Source: an uncultured Acidobacteriota bacterium (GTDB lineage: Bacteria; Acidobacteriota; Terriglobia; Acidiferrales; UBA7541). Taken from it: DNA of 64,000 nt. Below, one piece after another: positions 1 to 11,286 of this stretch. The DNA lies in the NCBI GenBank assembly GCA_963770575.1, contig CAVYQD010000001.1, positions 800,569 through 864,568 on the forward strand, given 5' to 3'. The translations under genes were made by a program, and so were the position numbers. Each line of letters starts with the position of its first letter. Within the stretch, counting starts at the first letter, position 1. Under the pieces are notes generated by a model that searched no databases, was not told where the DNA came from, and saw nothing but the letters and a program-made list of their open reading frames with translations.

Positions 1-11
1 TCTCGCAGAAA

Positions 12-1154
12 TCAACGATTTGCAGCGGCGACGAAACGGAAAGCGTCCTCGACTGTTTTCTGGCTGGCCTTAGATCCCATCGAGCTTGTTTCCATCTTTG
101 AGAATTGATGCTGGCGGTGCGGCGAAAAGCTTCCTGGATCGAACGTGCCCTTTTCAAACTGAAAGATCCAAACGTATTCGCGGCGCGCTTTATCTGCCTG
201 GGATTCAGGGATGAGCGCGTTGTCGATCATCGTCATCGGCGTAAAGTCCGAAAATCCGTTGGCCTTGTGAACCGGGTCAGGCATCGAGGCGCCAAAAAAA
301 TCCACGTCGTGAGTGAATATGATGACGAAATCCACCGTGGACGGATCGGGAGCGGGGCAAACGCTCGAAAATGCCTTCGCTCTGTTTTGCGCGATCCATT
401 TTGTCTGGTTGGGCGTCAGACCATACGCAGAGAAATAGGACTGACAGGCAGGATCCCCACTTCTCGGTTGCGCGTCGGGAACTTCACTGGAAATGGACGC
501 AGTTTTGGCCGGTGCCGTTGCAACGGATGCGGCCAAAGCCGCCGGGCGGGCTGCGGCACTTTCCCGCGTGGCGGCAGGAGTCGATATTGCCTTTGGCTCA
601 ATGGCGTTCGTTGCCGGGACGGGCGCCGGGTTCGGCGAACTGGGAGCGACAGCCGCTGCAATCGAGGCGCCTGGAGGCAAGGCCCGTTCGCTCGCGCTTA
701 CCGGAGGGGCCGCAACGATTGCATCCGTGCGCGGCGAAATTCCCGCGTAGCTCAAGCCGGCTGGAGCAATCGCAGCCGCATTCGCAGCCGCCGTCGCTAC
801 TTCTTTCGCCTGAATTTGCTTCGCCGCCAATCCGACATCGCGATCCGGCTCTCGATACGATGGGACGGCCGGCAAATCAGCGAACGCAACATCCGGAACG
901 TATCCTTCGACGCCGTTGTGAGCGCGAATTTTCACATAATCTTTGACGCGTTCGATCACTTCCACGCCTTCGCCGCATTTCAGACGGGCATCAACATTGA
1001 AAGTGGTCAAAGAATCGTAGACCCAAATTTGATCGTGTTGCGAATTGCATTTGAGGGTGGCGGTGGCGAAGGTATTGGCCGATGCCGAGGCCGCGAAAAG
1101 AAAACCACTAATCACAAAAGCAGAAAGCAAACCAACGCGCGCCCTCTCGCCCAT
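12..1154 (-). CDS. secreted SH3b-domain protein with Ala/Pro-rich linker and unassigned C-terminal domain
   Basis: Inner ATG at 1154 of ORF 12..1829, preceded by GGGGGAGAA. MGERARVGLLSAFVISGFLFAASASA looks like a signal peptide. SH3b-like segment VYDSLTTFNVDARLKCGEGVEVIERVKDYVKIRAHNGVEGYVPDVAF. The 225 codons upstream of 1154 are Arg/Pro-rich shadow sequence antisense to the EVE gene. Confidence 0.6.
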   Translation of the reverse strand: MGERARVGLLSAFVISGFLFAASASANTFATATLKCNSQHDQIWVYDSLTTFNVDARLKCGEGVEVIERVKDYVKIRAHNGVEGYVPDVAFADLPAVPSYREPDRDVGLAAKQIQAKEVATAAANAAAIAPAGLSYAGISPRTDAIVAAPPVSASERALPPGASIAAAVAPSSPNPAPVPATNAIEPKAISTPAATRESAAARPAALAASVATAPAKTASISSEVPDAQPRSGDPACQSYFSAYGLTPNQTKWIAQNRAKAFSSVCPAPDPSTVDFVIIFTHDVDFFGASMPDPVHKANGFSDFTPMTMIDNALIPESQADKARREYVWIFQFEKGTFDPGSFSPHRQHQFSKMETSSMGSKASQKTVEDAFRFVAAANR

Positions 1155-1426
1155 TTCTCCCCCTAAAATCCCCGCATTCGATACTCTTGTTCGTAGTGTA
1201 GTACTTTGGGACAGGCGAACAACTGGACGATAGTACAGAGAAAGTACAGGTAAGGACAGGTGGAAGGTGCAGGAGTCAATCGTTCCCCAAAATGCGAAAC
1301 AGCGGCACCCCACGGAGAAAGCCTCAATTCCATTGGGCCAACGTAAAAGATCGCTTTCGCCGGGGCGAAGAATCGGGCTGCCGTGTAAAATGCGAACTAG
1401 CGCGACTGAAGCGGAGGCTGGCAAGC

Positions 1427-1807
1427 TTGAATTATCTTCTGAAAACGGAACCGTCCGACTACTCCTTCGCCGACCTTCAACGCGACGAAGAGGTCCTCTG
1501 GGAGGGCGTAACGAGTCCTGCCGGTGTGAAAAACCTGCGAGAGATGGCGGCCGGCGCGCGACTCGTGATTTACGAAACGGGAAGCCGCAAGAGCGCAGTG
1601 GGGACGGCCACGGTGATTTCTGTAGACGCTTCGGATCCCAAAAATCCGAAGGTAAGAATTCGAGCAGGAAAAGTGCTCGCCAAGCCAATCTCGCTGGCGG
1701 AAGTGAAATCCAAGGCGCTATTCGCAAAATCTCCGCTCGTGCGGGAAGGAAGACTGTCGGTAGTGCCATTGACCGACTCCCAGTACAAATTCTTGACGAG
1801 TCAATGA
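1427..1807 (+). CDS. EVE (PUA-like) domain protein
   Basis: ORF 1292..1807. The EVE-like sequence begins at LNYLLKTEPSDYSF and continues VLWEGV..LVIYETG..AVGTATV..RLSVVPLT. In-frame TTG at 1427 lies 9 nt after GGAGG (1413-1417), so it is preferred over ATG 1292. Confidence 0.65.
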   Translation: MNYLLKTEPSDYSFADLQRDEEVLWEGVTSPAGVKNLREMAAGARLVIYETGSRKSAVGTATVISVDASDPKNPKVRIRAGKVLAKPISLAEVKSKALFAKSPLVREGRLSVVPLTDSQYKFLTSQ

Positions 1808-1825
1808 ACTGGGCATCGAAACCGG

Positions 1826-3646
1826 TCACTTGTTTCGTTTTTCGAGTTCACCCCACCGCGCGTACAGATCGTTCACGAGATTTTGAAGCTCCTCGATTCG
1901 ACTCGACGTTTGGTGCAAAAGGTTTCGATCGGCCATGACTGCTGGATCCAGCATCGACGCCGCATGCGCTTCGAGTTCCCTTTCGGCGTCTGCGATGCGT
2001 TTCTCCATCGTTTCAAGTTCGCGAATTTCTCCGAACGACAGCTTTCGCTTCTTGCCGTCGGGCTCAGGCCCGGCTGCTTTCACGCGAGGGCGTTCAGGGC
2101 CCGCGGACGTCATCCTTCGCGAATCCTTCGACTGTTGCGACCGCTGCCATGCATCCCATTGCGAGTAGTCAGCGAATCGCGCTGCTTCACCCAGTCCGTC
2201 GAGTCCCAACACCACCGTTGAGACGCGATCGAGCATGTACCGGTCGTGCGTGACGAGCACGAGTGCGCCTCCGAATTCCAGCAGGCTCTCCTCCAATATT
2301 TCGAGCGTGGGAATGTCCAAATCGTTCGTCGGCTCATCCAGCAGAAGGACGTCCGCCGGCTGAACCATCAGTTGCGCGATCAAGATTCGAGCGCGCTCGC
2401 CGCCGGAAAAGCGGCCCACAGGACGATTCAGATCCTCACCCGTAAACAGAAATCGCGCTGCCCATCCGGCGACGTGAATCACCCGGTCGCGATAAATCAC
2501 CGAATCGCTGTCAGGCGCCAGGGCGCGGCGCAAAGAAACATCCGGATCGAGTTCCCTGTTCTGGTCGAAATAGACGATGCGCAGCGACTCGGCTCTGTGA
2601 ATCGAGCCTTCGGTGGGTTTCATGTCTCCTCGCAGCAGCCGAAGCAGCGTCGTCTTGCCGCTCCCATTCGGGCCAACAAGCCCCACTCGCACCCCCGGCG
2701 TAAGAGTGAAATTGATCCCGTCGAACAATTTGCGCCCGCCGATTGCGTAGCTGACGTCCTCGAGCCGGATAAGCTGCTTCGTTTGGCGGTTCGTCGCGGA
2801 GAAGTCGATATCGGCGGTTGTGATGTTGGCCCGGGCGTTCATTCCCGCGAGTTCGCCGATCATTTTGTGAGCTTTGTCGATTCGCGATTTTGATTTCGTC
2901 GTCCGTGCCTTCGGCCCGCGCCGCAGCCATTCAATTTCTGTGTGGACCCGGTTTTCGAGCGCTTCCTGCCGCTTTTTCTGCGCGTGCAAATATTGTTCTT
3001 TTGCTTCGAGAAACGCGCTGTAATTCCCCCGGACGCGCAGAAAGCCGTCGGCGTAGGCTCGATCGAGTTCGACCATGTCGTTCGCGACGTTCTCGAGAAA
3101 ATAGCGATCATGGGTGACGACCACGCTCGCGAACGACGCACTCTGCAGAAGCGTTTCGAGCCATTGAATACCGGCCAGATCCAGGTGGTTTGTCGGCTCG
3201 TCGAGCAGCAAAATGTCCGGGTCTTCCACCAGCGCTTCGGCAATCGCGAGGCGCTTTCGCCAGCCTCCGGATAACTCAGCTGCGGAAGTCTCTAAATCCT
3301 TGAACCCTGCGCGTCCCAGAGTTTCGGCAAGTTTTGCTTGGCGCTCCGCTTGACGTACACCCGCTCGTTCCAGCGCCACCTCAATCACTGATTGCACTGT
3401 ATCGCCCGGCGCAAATTCCGAAACCTGCGCAACCGTGCTCACGCGGGCACCTTTTCGTATGGCGACATCTCCGCTGTCCGGCTTCACGCGGCCGTGAAGA
3501 ATGCCAAGCAGCGTCGACTTGCCCGAGCCGTTCGGGCCGATGAGGCCGATTCTGTCACCGGCGGAAATTGTGATTGAAATATTCTGGAATAGAGGTGCAG
3601 TTCCGAATCTTTTCGAGAGTCCCTGTGCACTGATGATTGGCGCCAA
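1826..3646 (-). CDS. ABC-F family ATPase (Uup/EttA-type, no membrane domain)
   Basis: 606-aa ORF with two ABC cassettes: GPNGSGKSTLL and GPNGSGKTTLL Walker A, LSGGW/FSGGE signatures, LLLDEPTNHLD/LLLDEPTNDLD Walker B. No TM segments. Charged coiled-coil C-terminus. Confidence 0.9.
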   Translation of the reverse strand: MAPIISAQGLSKRFGTAPLFQNISITISAGDRIGLIGPNGSGKSTLLGILHGRVKPDSGDVAIRKGARVSTVAQVSEFAPGDTVQSVIEVALERAGVRQAERQAKLAETLGRAGFKDLETSAAELSGGWRKRLAIAEALVEDPDILLLDEPTNHLDLAGIQWLETLLQSASFASVVVTHDRYFLENVANDMVELDRAYADGFLRVRGNYSAFLEAKEQYLHAQKKRQEALENRVHTEIEWLRRGPKARTTKSKSRIDKAHKMIGELAGMNARANITTADIDFSATNRQTKQLIRLEDVSYAIGGRKLFDGINFTLTPGVRVGLVGPNGSGKTTLLRLLRGDMKPTEGSIHRAESLRIVYFDQNRELDPDVSLRRALAPDSDSVIYRDRVIHVAGWAARFLFTGEDLNRPVGRFSGGERARILIAQLMVQPADVLLLDEPTNDLDIPTLEILEESLLEFGGALVLVTHDRYMLDRVSTVVLGLDGLGEAARFADYSQWDAWQRSQQSKDSRRMTSAGPERPRVKAAGPEPDGKKRKLSFGEIRELETMEKRIADAERELEAHAASMLDPAVMADRNLLHQTSSRIEELQNLVNDLYARWGELEKRNK

Positions 3647-3869
3647 ATTGATTTCACTTCTCCAGTAGCGAGTTTACACTTGAGAAACCCGGCTGTGACA
3701 GTTGAACCTGCGGAGGATCGGTGTGCGGTAGCGTGGCGGGATTCGCGAGGGTATGCTGTAAAAAGCGTGGTTCATCGCGTCATATCTCGGTTGCAACGGA
3801 TGAGCGCGCATTCACGTTCATGTTCAGTCCGATTTCTAGCGTAAATATAAGTAAAGGGCGTTAACGGTC

Positions 3870-5853
3870 ATGTGTGGAATTTGTGGCGTCGTTGGAATTG
3901 AATCGCGAGAGGTGAGCGAAGCGCTTGTGCGGCGGATGATGGCTGCAATCGTTCATCGCGGTCCCGACGCGGAGGGAATTCTCGTCGCGCCTCCCGTTGT
4001 GGCAGGCAGCCGCCGACTCAGCATCATTGATCTTCCGGGTGGGAGCCAGCCAGTCTGGAACGAGATCGAAACGCTGGCTGTCGTATACAACGGAGAAATC
4101 TACAATTTTCGCGAGCTGCGCAAAGAACTCGAAGCGGCAGGACACAAATTTCGCACGCACTCGGATACAGAAGTAGTCGTCCACGCGTATGAGACCTGGG
4201 GCGAAAAATGCGCCGAACATTTCGAAGGCATGTTCGCCTTTGCAATTGTCGAAATGCCGCAAGGGCCGGCGGGACGCCCGGCGCGAGTGTTTCTTGCGCG
4301 CGACAAACTGGGAATCAAGCCGCTTTACTACACTCTGATCGACGGCCACTTGTTTTTCGCTTCCGAAGTGCGCGCGCTACTTGCGAGTGGTGCTGTGCCA
4401 GCGCGACTCTCGCACGATGCGATCTCGTCCTATCTCCTGTTTGGCTCCGTGAGCGAGCCGCTCACTCTGATCGAGGGCGTTTCGTCGCTTCCTCCGGGCC
4501 ATTTCGTTGATGTCCGAGCCGGCGAGCCAATTCGCGCGGTTTCTCCGCAGCGTTATTGGAGCTCTCCGCAGAAATCTGCGCCCGCGGCGGCCGCCGCCTC
4601 GAAGAGTGTTTCCGGAGCCGAGGCTGCATCGCAAGTGCGAGAGTTACTCGAGCACGCTGTCGCGAGCCATCTCGTCGCAGACGTTCCCGTCGGCGTATTC
4701 CTCAGCAGCGGGCTCGATTCGACGGCGATCGCCGCGCTAGCCTGTCGCGCGCAGAGTGGAATTCACACCTTCACCGTCGCGTTTCCTGATCTCGAATTCA
4801 GTGAAGCGGAAACAGCTCGCCGCACGGCGCGAACGACTAGGCACCAATCACTCCGAATGCACGCTTTCCGGCGACGAGATGCTCGCGCGCCTCGATGAAG
4901 CCGTTGCGTCCTTCGATCAACCGAGCATGGATGGCATCAACACCTTTTTCGTTTCGTGGGCGGCGCGCCAGGCGGGATTGAAAGTTGCGCTCTCGGGCCT
5001 GGGGAGCGACGAGCTTTTCGGCGGCTACGCTTCCTTCCGCGACACCAGAAAAGTGGCACGACTCGCGGCGGCAGCGCACTGGATGCCCAAGCCGCTACGC
5101 CAAATGCTCATCCCGCAATCACAACCTGCCAGAATTCCAGGCGCTTCACCGGACGCATTTCGCAAAGCATCAGCCGCGTGGATTGATCCTTCGGCCCTGC
5201 CGCACCCATATTTTTTCACGCGCTCGCTTTTCACTCCGCAGGTCGTCTCGCATTGGCTGCACGAGAACGAAGACACGTGGAAAGCGACTTCTTGGGGGCG
5301 ATGGCTCGCCGAAGCAGTGCGCGAAACGAACTCGATGGACGAATTCACATCCATTTCATGGCTCGAGCTGCGTTCGTACCTCGTAAATACGCTTTTGCGC
5401 GATACGGATTCGATGAGCATGCGACACTCGCTCGAAGTACGCGTTCCGTTCCTAGATTCGGCGCTCGTCGAATACATATTGTCTCTACCGGAAGCGCAGA
5501 AGCTTGATCGTGGCCAGCCTAAGGCGTTGCTGATCGCGGCGCTAGGCGATCTGTTGCCGCAGGAGCTTGTTAGCCAGAAAAAGCGCACGTTCACATTTCC
5601 GTGGGAGAACTGGCTTCGCGGGCCGCTGCGGGAACGGGTTTCGGCAGGCTTCTCGGATTGGTCCCCGGTTCTCGAAGCGGTTTTTAGAGCCACCCATGCG
5701 CGCCAGATCTGGAGCGATTTCCTCGATGGCAAGACGACCTGGTCGCGCCCCTGGAGCCTTTACGTGCTCAATGAATGGGTGAAGCGAAATATCGGCGCGA
5801 ATCAGCCTGGAAATTCTGATCGCGGGAAAGCGACCGCCGTATCGGTTGCCTGA
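3870..5853 (+). pseudogene. asnB: asparagine synthase (glutamine-hydrolysing) family amidotransferase, apparent +1 frameshift
   Basis: ORFs 3870..4898 and 4756..5853 together give a full-length AsnB-type protein: MCGICG Ntn Cys2 glutaminase start, FLSSGLDST PP-loop, C-terminal synthetase domain. The frame changes near 4828-4831 (..SEAETARRTA | ERLGTNHSE..). Confidence 0.85.
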
Positions 5854-5891
5854 AACACAATCCAATTGCGCGATACAATAGACACCCTGAA

Positions 5892-7686
5892 ATGATCATT
5901 CTCGGCATCAACGCGTACCACGCGAACGCTTCGGCGGCGATCGTTGCGGACGGGCGCCTTCTCGCCGCCGTGGAAGAAGAACGCCTGAATCGCGTGAAAT
6001 ATGCGGCAGGTTTGCCAGCGCTCGCGATTCAATATTGCCTCGACCAAGCCGGGGTAAAGCTCACGGAAGTCGATCACATCGCGATCCCCCGCGATCCGCG
6101 AGCCCGGCTCGCGACGAAATTGCGATTCGCGATTCGCATGCCGAGATTTGCGTTCGAACGCGCGCGCGTGATGGCTCGCTTCGCCGGCATTCGCGAAGAT
6201 TTGGCGTCTGCATTTGACATCGCGCCGGAAACCATTCGCGCGCGGTTTCACCGGATCGAGCATCACACCGCTCACATGGCGAGCGCGTATTTCGTTTCGC
6301 CCTTTGAGCGCTCCGCCGTTCTTTCCGCCGACGGGCTCGGCGATTTTGCAAGCGCCATGTGGGCGGTCGGCGAAGGTCCGCGTATGCGGACTCTCGGCGA
6401 AATCACGTTTCCGCATTCGCTCGGCATGTATTACACGGCTCTGACGCAGTATCTCGGCTTCTGGAAATTTGGCGACGAATATAAAGTGATGGGCCTCGCA
6501 GCCTATGGCCAGCCGGAGTTTCTCGAAGAATTCCGCCACATCGTTCACGCTGACGCACCGCTATCGTTCAAGCTCGGCCTCGAATACTTCACGCATCAGA
6601 ATCAGGGCGCGGAAATGTCCTGGCGCGATGCCAGCCAAACTCCCGTTCTCGGCCGTCTTTTCTCTCCCTATCTCGAGAAGCGTCTCGGCCCCACGCGAAA
6701 GGCCGAAGAACCTCTCGAGCAGCGGCACCTGAATCTCGCCGCCAGCATGCAAGCAGCGCTCGAAGAAGTGCTGGCCGCACATTGGGCGAGCACTTGCGAA
6801 AAAAACCGGCGAAAAATCTCTCTGTCTTGCCGGCGGCGTCGCTTTCAACTGTCTCGCGAACGGAAAAATCTTCGACCGCTCCCCTTTTGAGCGCGTCTAC
6901 GTGCAGCCCGCCGCGGGCGACGCGGGCCTATCTGTCGGCGCTGCATTTGCCGTCGAGCATCAGGTTCTCGGCCGGCCACGGCAGTTCGTGATGGACCACG
7001 CCGGATGGGGCCCGGAATTTTCGCCACAGGAAATTCGCGCCGCGATCGAATCAAGCGGAGCGTCGAACGGCGATCTCCACCTCGCAGAGATGGACGAAGA
7101 CTCCCTGGTGCAAACGACTGCGCGTCATATTGCCGCCGGAAAGATCGTTGGCTGGTTTCAAGGACGCGTCGAGTGGGGGCCGCGCGCACTCGGCCAGCGC
7201 AGTATTCTTGCCGACCCGCGCCGCGCGGAGATGAAGGACGTGCTGAACCGTCGCATCAAGCATCGCGAGATTTTTCGCCCGTTCGCGCCATCGATTCTCG
7301 AAGAAGCGACCTCGGAATATTTTGAGCGCACGCACCCATCGCCTTTCATGACGTTTGCTTACTCCGTGCGCCCGGAAAAACGTTCTGTGATTCCCGCCCC
7401 CACCCACGTGGATGGCACCGCGCGTCTCCAAACCGTCAGCCGCTCCGCGAACCCGCTTTATTGGAAACTGCTGCGCGCGGTCGGTGACGTCACCGGCGTT
7501 CCCGTCGTGCTGAACACGTCATTCAACGACAATGAACCAATCGTTTGCCGTCCTGAAGAAGCCCTCGATTGCTTCCGCCGAACGCAAATGGACGTTCTGG
7601 TGATGGGAAATTTTGTGCTCGAAAAGAAAGCGTCCCTTACGGCAGCCGCAACAAACACAGAGGGATTTGCCGAGCCTTTGAAGTAA
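5892..7686 (+). pseudogene. NodU/CmcH-family carbamoyltransferase, apparent +1 frameshift at an A7 run
   Basis: ORFs 5892..6890 and 6901..7686. Reading 6781-6900 in the second frame gives KTGEKSLCLAGGVAFNCLANGKIFDRSPFERVYVQPAAGDAG, joining both halves into one ~595-aa protein (HHTAHMASAY, WFQGRVEWGPRALGQRSILA motifs). The frame change is at or just before AAAAAAA 6799-6805. Confidence 0.85.
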
Positions 7687-7776
7687 ACTTAAGTAGCAGA
7701 TTGCGTCGGTTCGACGCTGCCGTACTCGTCGCGTCAGTCACCCAGCTCGCGGCGAACCTGAATCGCCAGGCCGTTC

Positions 7777-9000
7777 ATGCACATTTTGCTGTTTAACGAA
7801 TACTATCCACCGGACACTTCTGCCACGGCGAAGATGGCTGCGCTCGTTGCCGAAACGCTGGCGAAGAAGCACCAGGTGACGGTGCTTGCCGGGCGTCCAT
7901 CCTACGACCCTGACGAATATTATCCGTTCGCTTTTCTCCGCAGCGACACGCGCAACAATGTCACCGTTGAACGGGTCGGCTCAACCGCGTTCCCGCGCCA
8001 CAGAATGAAGCGCCGCGTGTCGAATTATTTGACGTATCTCGCTCTCGCCGTTCCGCGCGCGCTCGCAATCCGCGCCGATGTCGTCCTCGCGATGACGGAT
8101 CCTCCCGTCGCGGGAATCGCCGGTGCGTTCATTGCGCGCATGAGCGGCCGCCCGTTCGTTTACAACATTCGCGACATGTATCCGGACATGGCTGTCGGCG
8201 GGGATATCGTTCGCCAAAATTCGCTCGTCGATCGCTGGGAGCAAATGCATCGACACGCGCTGCGTGAAGCCGCTCGGGTGATTGTGCTGGGCGACGATAT
8301 GCGCGACCGCATTCTCGCGAAGGGAGTTTCGCCGGAGCGCGTCGTGATCGTTCGCGATGGATCGTCTCCATCCGGCCCGATGCCGGATCGCGCTCACCCC
8401 GCGGTGCAGGAAGTCCGCAGCGGATTCCCATTCGTGGTCCTCCACGCCGGTAATCTCGGATTTTATGGCGCCTGGTCCACTCTGTTGAAAGCTGCCGAGA
8501 TTTTGCGCAACGAAAATACAGGTGTTGTGTTTGTAGGTGACGGAGCAAATCGCGCCGCGATGCAAGCGTCCGTGAATGGTTCGCCAAATGTTCGCTTCCT
8601 GCCGTTCCGTCCGGCCAGCGAGATTCCCCACGTGATGATGGCGGGCGATTTGCACATCATCACCGTGAAGCGAGGCCTCGAGGGAGTCGTGGTTCCGAGC
8701 AAGCTCTATTCAACGCTTGCTGCCGGGCGTCCGGTGCTGGTTGTCGCCCCGCTTGAGTGCGATGCGGCTCGAATCGTCCGCGACAACGGATGCGGCATCG
8801 CCGTCGATCCAGACGATCCCAATGCTGTTGCCGCTGCGATTCGCGAGCTTCGTGACGATCCCGAGCGCCTCGCCGAAATGGGCCGGCGGGCCCGGGAAAC
8901 AGCGGAGAAATATGCTAGAGTAAATGAGCTGGAAAAATTCGCATTTATCTTGGAAGAAGCCACGAAAAACAGTCCGGGAGGGCGTCATCTGGAATCGTAA
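7777..9000 (+). CDS. GT4-family glycosyltransferase (WcaI-like)
   Basis: 407-aa ORF. MHILLFNEYYPPDTSATAKM N-terminus and C-terminal Rossmann half (GNLGFYGAW.., PSKLYSTLAAGRPVLVV) are typical of GT4/WcaI-type enzymes. Confidence 0.75.
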   Translation: MHILLFNEYYPPDTSATAKMAALVAETLAKKHQVTVLAGRPSYDPDEYYPFAFLRSDTRNNVTVERVGSTAFPRHRMKRRVSNYLTYLALAVPRALAIRADVVLAMTDPPVAGIAGAFIARMSGRPFVYNIRDMYPDMAVGGDIVRQNSLVDRWEQMHRHALREAARVIVLGDDMRDRILAKGVSPERVVIVRDGSSPSGPMPDRAHPAVQEVRSGFPFVVLHAGNLGFYGAWSTLLKAAEILRNENTGVVFVGDGANRAAMQASVNGSPNVRFLPFRPASEIPHVMMAGDLHIITVKRGLEGVVVPSKLYSTLAAGRPVLVVAPLECDAARIVRDNGCGIAVDPDDPNAVAAAIRELRDDPERLAEMGRRARETAEKYARVNELEKFAFILEEATKNSPGGRHLES

Positions 9001-10000
9001 AAAGGTTCTCGTCACTGGCGGTACGTCGTTTATCGGCTCGCATCTGGTTGATGCGTTGCTCGAACGCGGCGCTCAGGTTCGCGTGGTGGACGACCTCACG
9101 AGCGGCCGGCTCAGCAACATCGAGCATCACCTCAAGAGCGGACGCGTCACATTTGTGGAAGCCGATCTCCGCGAGCCGGGTGTCACGCGCGCAGCGATGA
9201 ATGGCATAGAGGTTGTGTTTCATCTTGCCGCTGATCATGGCGGCCGCGGATATGTGGATCTCCATCAGGCAGGGCCTGCTTCGAACTTGTTTCTCGATGG
9301 CCTGGTTTTCTGGGAAGCGGTAAAGGCCGGCGTTGAAAAAGTGGTTTACGCTTCATCCGGCTGCGTTTATCCGAACTATATGCAGACCGACGTGAAGAAA
9401 GAAATTTATCTTCGCGAAGAAGATGTGAAACCGCCGCACGACGCAGACAATATGTACGGCTGGGCAAAATTGATGGCCGAGCTCACGCTCCAGGCCTACC
9501 ACCGCGAGCATAAACTGGGCGCAGCCTCCTGCCGCTATTTCACGGTGTACGGTCCGCGCGGCGTCGAAAATCACGCCGTCATCGCGATGATTGCGCGCGC
9601 ATTTGTCGGCCAGAATCCGTTCGAAGTGTGGGGCGACGGCACTCAAATCCGAAACTGGACATACGTGGACGATATCGTCAGCGGCACGATTCTCGCTGCC
9701 GAAAAAATTAACGATGGCACAGCCGTCAATCTCGGTACCACAGAACGCATTCGCGTGATCGACGCGGCAAAAATGGTTCTGGAGTTCTCAGGACAGAAAG
9801 CAGAGATCCGACTTCGTCCCGACATGCCCACCGGCCCCGCCAACCGCGTTGCTGACAACAAGCTTGCGAAACAGCTTATGGGCTGGGAGCCGAAGACAAT
9901 GTTTCGCGATGGCCTGAAGAAAACGATGGACTGGTATTTCGAGAGCAAGAAAAGAGATGAAGTGCGCGGCGTTCTCGAAAACATGCTAACCGCGCGCTAG
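8924..10000 (+). CDS. NAD-dependent nucleotide-sugar epimerase/dehydratase (extended SDR)
   Basis: VLVTGGTSFIGSHLV Rossmann motif and YGWAKLMAE (YxxxK). ATG 8924 is the only canonical in-frame start, giving a 77-nt overlap with the GT4 gene, so the start is uncertain. Confidence 0.75.
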   Translation: MSWKNSHLSWKKPRKTVREGVIWNRKKVLVTGGTSFIGSHLVDALLERGAQVRVVDDLTSGRLSNIEHHLKSGRVTFVEADLREPGVTRAAMNGIEVVFHLAADHGGRGYVDLHQAGPASNLFLDGLVFWEAVKAGVEKVVYASSGCVYPNYMQTDVKKEIYLREEDVKPPHDADNMYGWAKLMAELTLQAYHREHKLGAASCRYFTVYGPRGVENHAVIAMIARAFVGQNPFEVWGDGTQIRNWTYVDDIVSGTILAAEKINDGTAVNLGTTERIRVIDAAKMVLEFSGQKAEIRLRPDMPTGPANRVADNKLAKQLMGWEPKTMFRDGLKKTMDWYFESKKRDEVRGVLENMLTAR

Positions 10001-10022
10001 TCGAAGTAATCCTGATCCAACA

Positions 10023-11087
10023 ATGACGATCCATGCAGACCTAATTGCATTCGGAGTCGCGCTCCTCGCGTCGCTCGGACTTACCATCCCGGTGCGTCAC
10101 TTTGCGTTGCGCATGGGGCTCGTGGACCATCCGGGACCTCGCAAAGTCCATTTGAAGCCCATTCCGCTTCTCGGCGGAATTGCGATCTATTTGGGATTCG
10201 CTGTAGCTATGTTGCTTTCTCAGCACGGAGCGATGCAGCAGCAAATGGTGGCAATCCTCAGCGGCGCCACGCTTCTCGCTGTTGTCGGGTTCCTGGACGA
10301 CGGAGGTCTGCTCCATCATCAAGTGAAGTTGTTCATTGGCATGCCGGTCGCGGCTCTGTTTCTCCTGGCATCAGGCATCCGAGCGCAGCTTTTTTCGCAA
10401 TTCATTCCCGGAATCTTTGGCGTGATTCTCGATGGCTGCTTAACGGTGGTCTGGGTAGTTGGTATCACTGCGTCCTTCAGCATTCTCGACCACATGGACG
10501 GCCTCTGCGCGGGCATCACTGCGATCGCAGCCGGATTTTTCACCATTTCAGCCCACATGAACGGCCAAATAATCGTTCAGACGCTGGGCGCTGCTACGCT
10601 CGGCGCGGCACTCGGATTTTTGCGTTGGAACTTCAACCCCGCGAAGATTTTTATGGGCGACGGCGGCGCGATGTTTCTCGGCTTCCTGATGGCGACTCTC
10701 GGATTGAAAATTCGCCCGGATGGCGCTCCATTTCCTGCCGGATGGCTTGTTCCGGTATTGATCCTCGGGGTCCCGATCTTTGACACCACTCTCGTCTCAA
10801 TCTCCCGCGCTCGTCGCGGCCTCTTGCCATTCACTTCGCCAGGGAAGGATCACACCGCACACCGTCTCTCGAACCTGGGCCTCGGGCATCGAGGCGCCGT
10901 GCTTGTTCTCTATTCGCTCGCGGCAGTGTTCGGGACAATGGCCGTGTTTATTCCGCGCTTCTCGACCGGCACGAGTTACGCCCTGGTTGGCGCTCTGGTA
11001 TTGTGCGGCCTCATCGCTGTATTTTTCCTCGAAACGGCCCCTTTCGAAAAGCAAGCGAAGCTCCAGAAATCTACTTCGCCGCTTTAG
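10023..11087 (+). CDS. MraY/WecA-family polyprenyl-phosphate sugar-1-phosphate transferase (initiating glycosyltransferase)
   Basis: 354-aa polytopic membrane ORF with family motifs FLDDGG, ILDHMDGLCAG, NPAKIFMGDGGAMFLGF. Confidence 0.85.
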   Translation: MTIHADLIAFGVALLASLGLTIPVRHFALRMGLVDHPGPRKVHLKPIPLLGGIAIYLGFAVAMLLSQHGAMQQQMVAILSGATLLAVVGFLDDGGLLHHQVKLFIGMPVAALFLLASGIRAQLFSQFIPGIFGVILDGCLTVVWVVGITASFSILDHMDGLCAGITAIAAGFFTISAHMNGQIIVQTLGAATLGAALGFLRWNFNPAKIFMGDGGAMFLGFLMATLGLKIRPDGAPFPAGWLVPVLILGVPIFDTTLVSISRARRGLLPFTSPGKDHTAHRLSNLGLGHRGAVLVLYSLAAVFGTMAVFIPRFSTGTSYALVGALVLCGLIAVFFLETAPFEKQAKLQKSTSPL

Positions 11088-11286
11088 GCCTTTTCATAAT
11101 TTCCGGTTGGGTCTTCCTCGTTGGTGGACTCTCACCTGTAGGATATACTTTCTCATCTCTGGTTCTGCGACGCGGAGGCACCTCAGCGAGTGTTTTCTGC
11201 CTTGATAAATGCACGGGAAGCGCCGCGTTGCTTCTTTCCGGAATCATTGCTTACGGGATACGCCAAAGTCATGTTGTTAACTCTGA

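Noticed and set aside
105-1166. 353-aa plus-strand ORF (and nested 371..946, 493..750) opposite the SH3-protein gene
   Set aside because: Arg/Gly/Cys-rich, low-complexity translation, fully antisense to a gene with a signal peptide, SD and a recognisable domain. This is a typical high-GC shadow ORF.
1155-1829. N-terminal 225 codons of the 605-aa ORF 12..1829
   Set aside because: Pro/Arg/Ser-rich nonsense that overlaps the EVE gene on the other strand. An internal ATG with a strong SD and a signal peptide gives a coherent protein.
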